The position numbers and the translations under genes were made by a program. Source: Clostridia bacterium (lineage in GTDB: Bacteria > Bacillota > Clostridia > Oscillospirales > CAG-272). Taken from it: DNA of 43,892 nucleotides. Positions 43,852 through 43,892 of the stretch are shown here, piece by piece; position 1 is the stretch's first letter; every line of letters starts with the position of its first letter. The notes under the pieces were generated by a model. That model was not told where the DNA came from, searched no databases, and saw nothing but the letters and a program-made list of their open reading frames with translations. The stretch is taken from contig JAFXJW010000054.1 in NCBI GenBank assembly GCA_017532045.1, positions 1 to 43,892 of the forward strand. Direction: 5' to 3'.

Positions 43852-43892
43852 GGGGGCTGAAAGCCCTCACGCCCCCGTAGGGGGCATATCGA
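43852..43892. repeat. Heptamer-hairpin array 3, first units only (cut by window end)
   Basis: GGGCTGAAAGCCCTCACGCCCCCGTAGGGGGCATATCGA nearly matches the reverse complement of the right end of array 2 (TCGATATGCCCCCTGCGGGGGCGAGGGGCTTTCAGCCC). Confidence 0.8.

Overview
This is a 43.9-kb chromosomal segment with strong GC3 codon bias. The gene content looks like an anaerobic Clostridia (Oscillospiraceae-like) genome, but the taxon is inference only because no search could be run.

**Layout**
- **1-14.2 kb:** one same-strand operon for a glycyl-radical-enzyme bacterial microcompartment (BMC) of the fucose/rhamnose -> 1,2-propanediol type.
  - Enzymes: class II aldolase, PduP-like aldehyde dehydrogenase, a Zn-type alcohol dehydrogenase, PduL, a PduS-like Fe-S flavoprotein, an 843-aa diol-dehydratase-like glycyl radical enzyme and its activase.
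  - Shell and accessory proteins: four BMC-H, one BMC-P, a PduT-like BMC-T, PduU/EutS and PduV/EutP.
  - The operon does not end at pduV. It ends with a ParA-type ATPase and a translationally coupled 122-aa Ala/Pro/Lys-rich low-complexity protein, followed by a strong terminator.
- **14.2-22 kb:** a ferritin-like gene and a mannoside cluster (phosphohexomutase, GH38 alpha-mannosidase, mannose-6-P isomerase fused to a ROK kinase).
- **22.4-25 kb:** an oxidative-stress cluster with two unlisted rubredoxin genes, reverse rubrerythrin and an Rrf2 regulator. An AT-rich XRE/zinc-ribbon cassette interrupts it.
- **25-44 kb:** NatAB-like ABC exporter, orphan membrane protein, HAD hydrolase, typA, a hexapeptide-repeat transferase, glmM, an AT-rich islet holding a RAYT/IS200-like transposase pseudogene, class 3 FBPase, polysaccharide deacetylase lipoprotein, VOC protein, serine hydrolase, PHP phosphatase, mtnN, rpsT, thiamine pyrophosphokinase, tRNA-Ser(GGA) and a lipoprotein.

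**Main leads**
1. The ParA plus disordered-partner pair could be a McdAB-like positioning module for a catabolic microcompartment.
2. Three intergenic arrays consist of a conserved heptamer (ATATCGA/ATATCGC) phased about 21 nt apart. The spacers are variable GC hairpins, arranged 4+4 around a dyad.
3. A second structured repeat family has 13 copies, most of them inside the BMC operon.

All family assignments come from motifs read in the translations. No database search or folding computation was possible.
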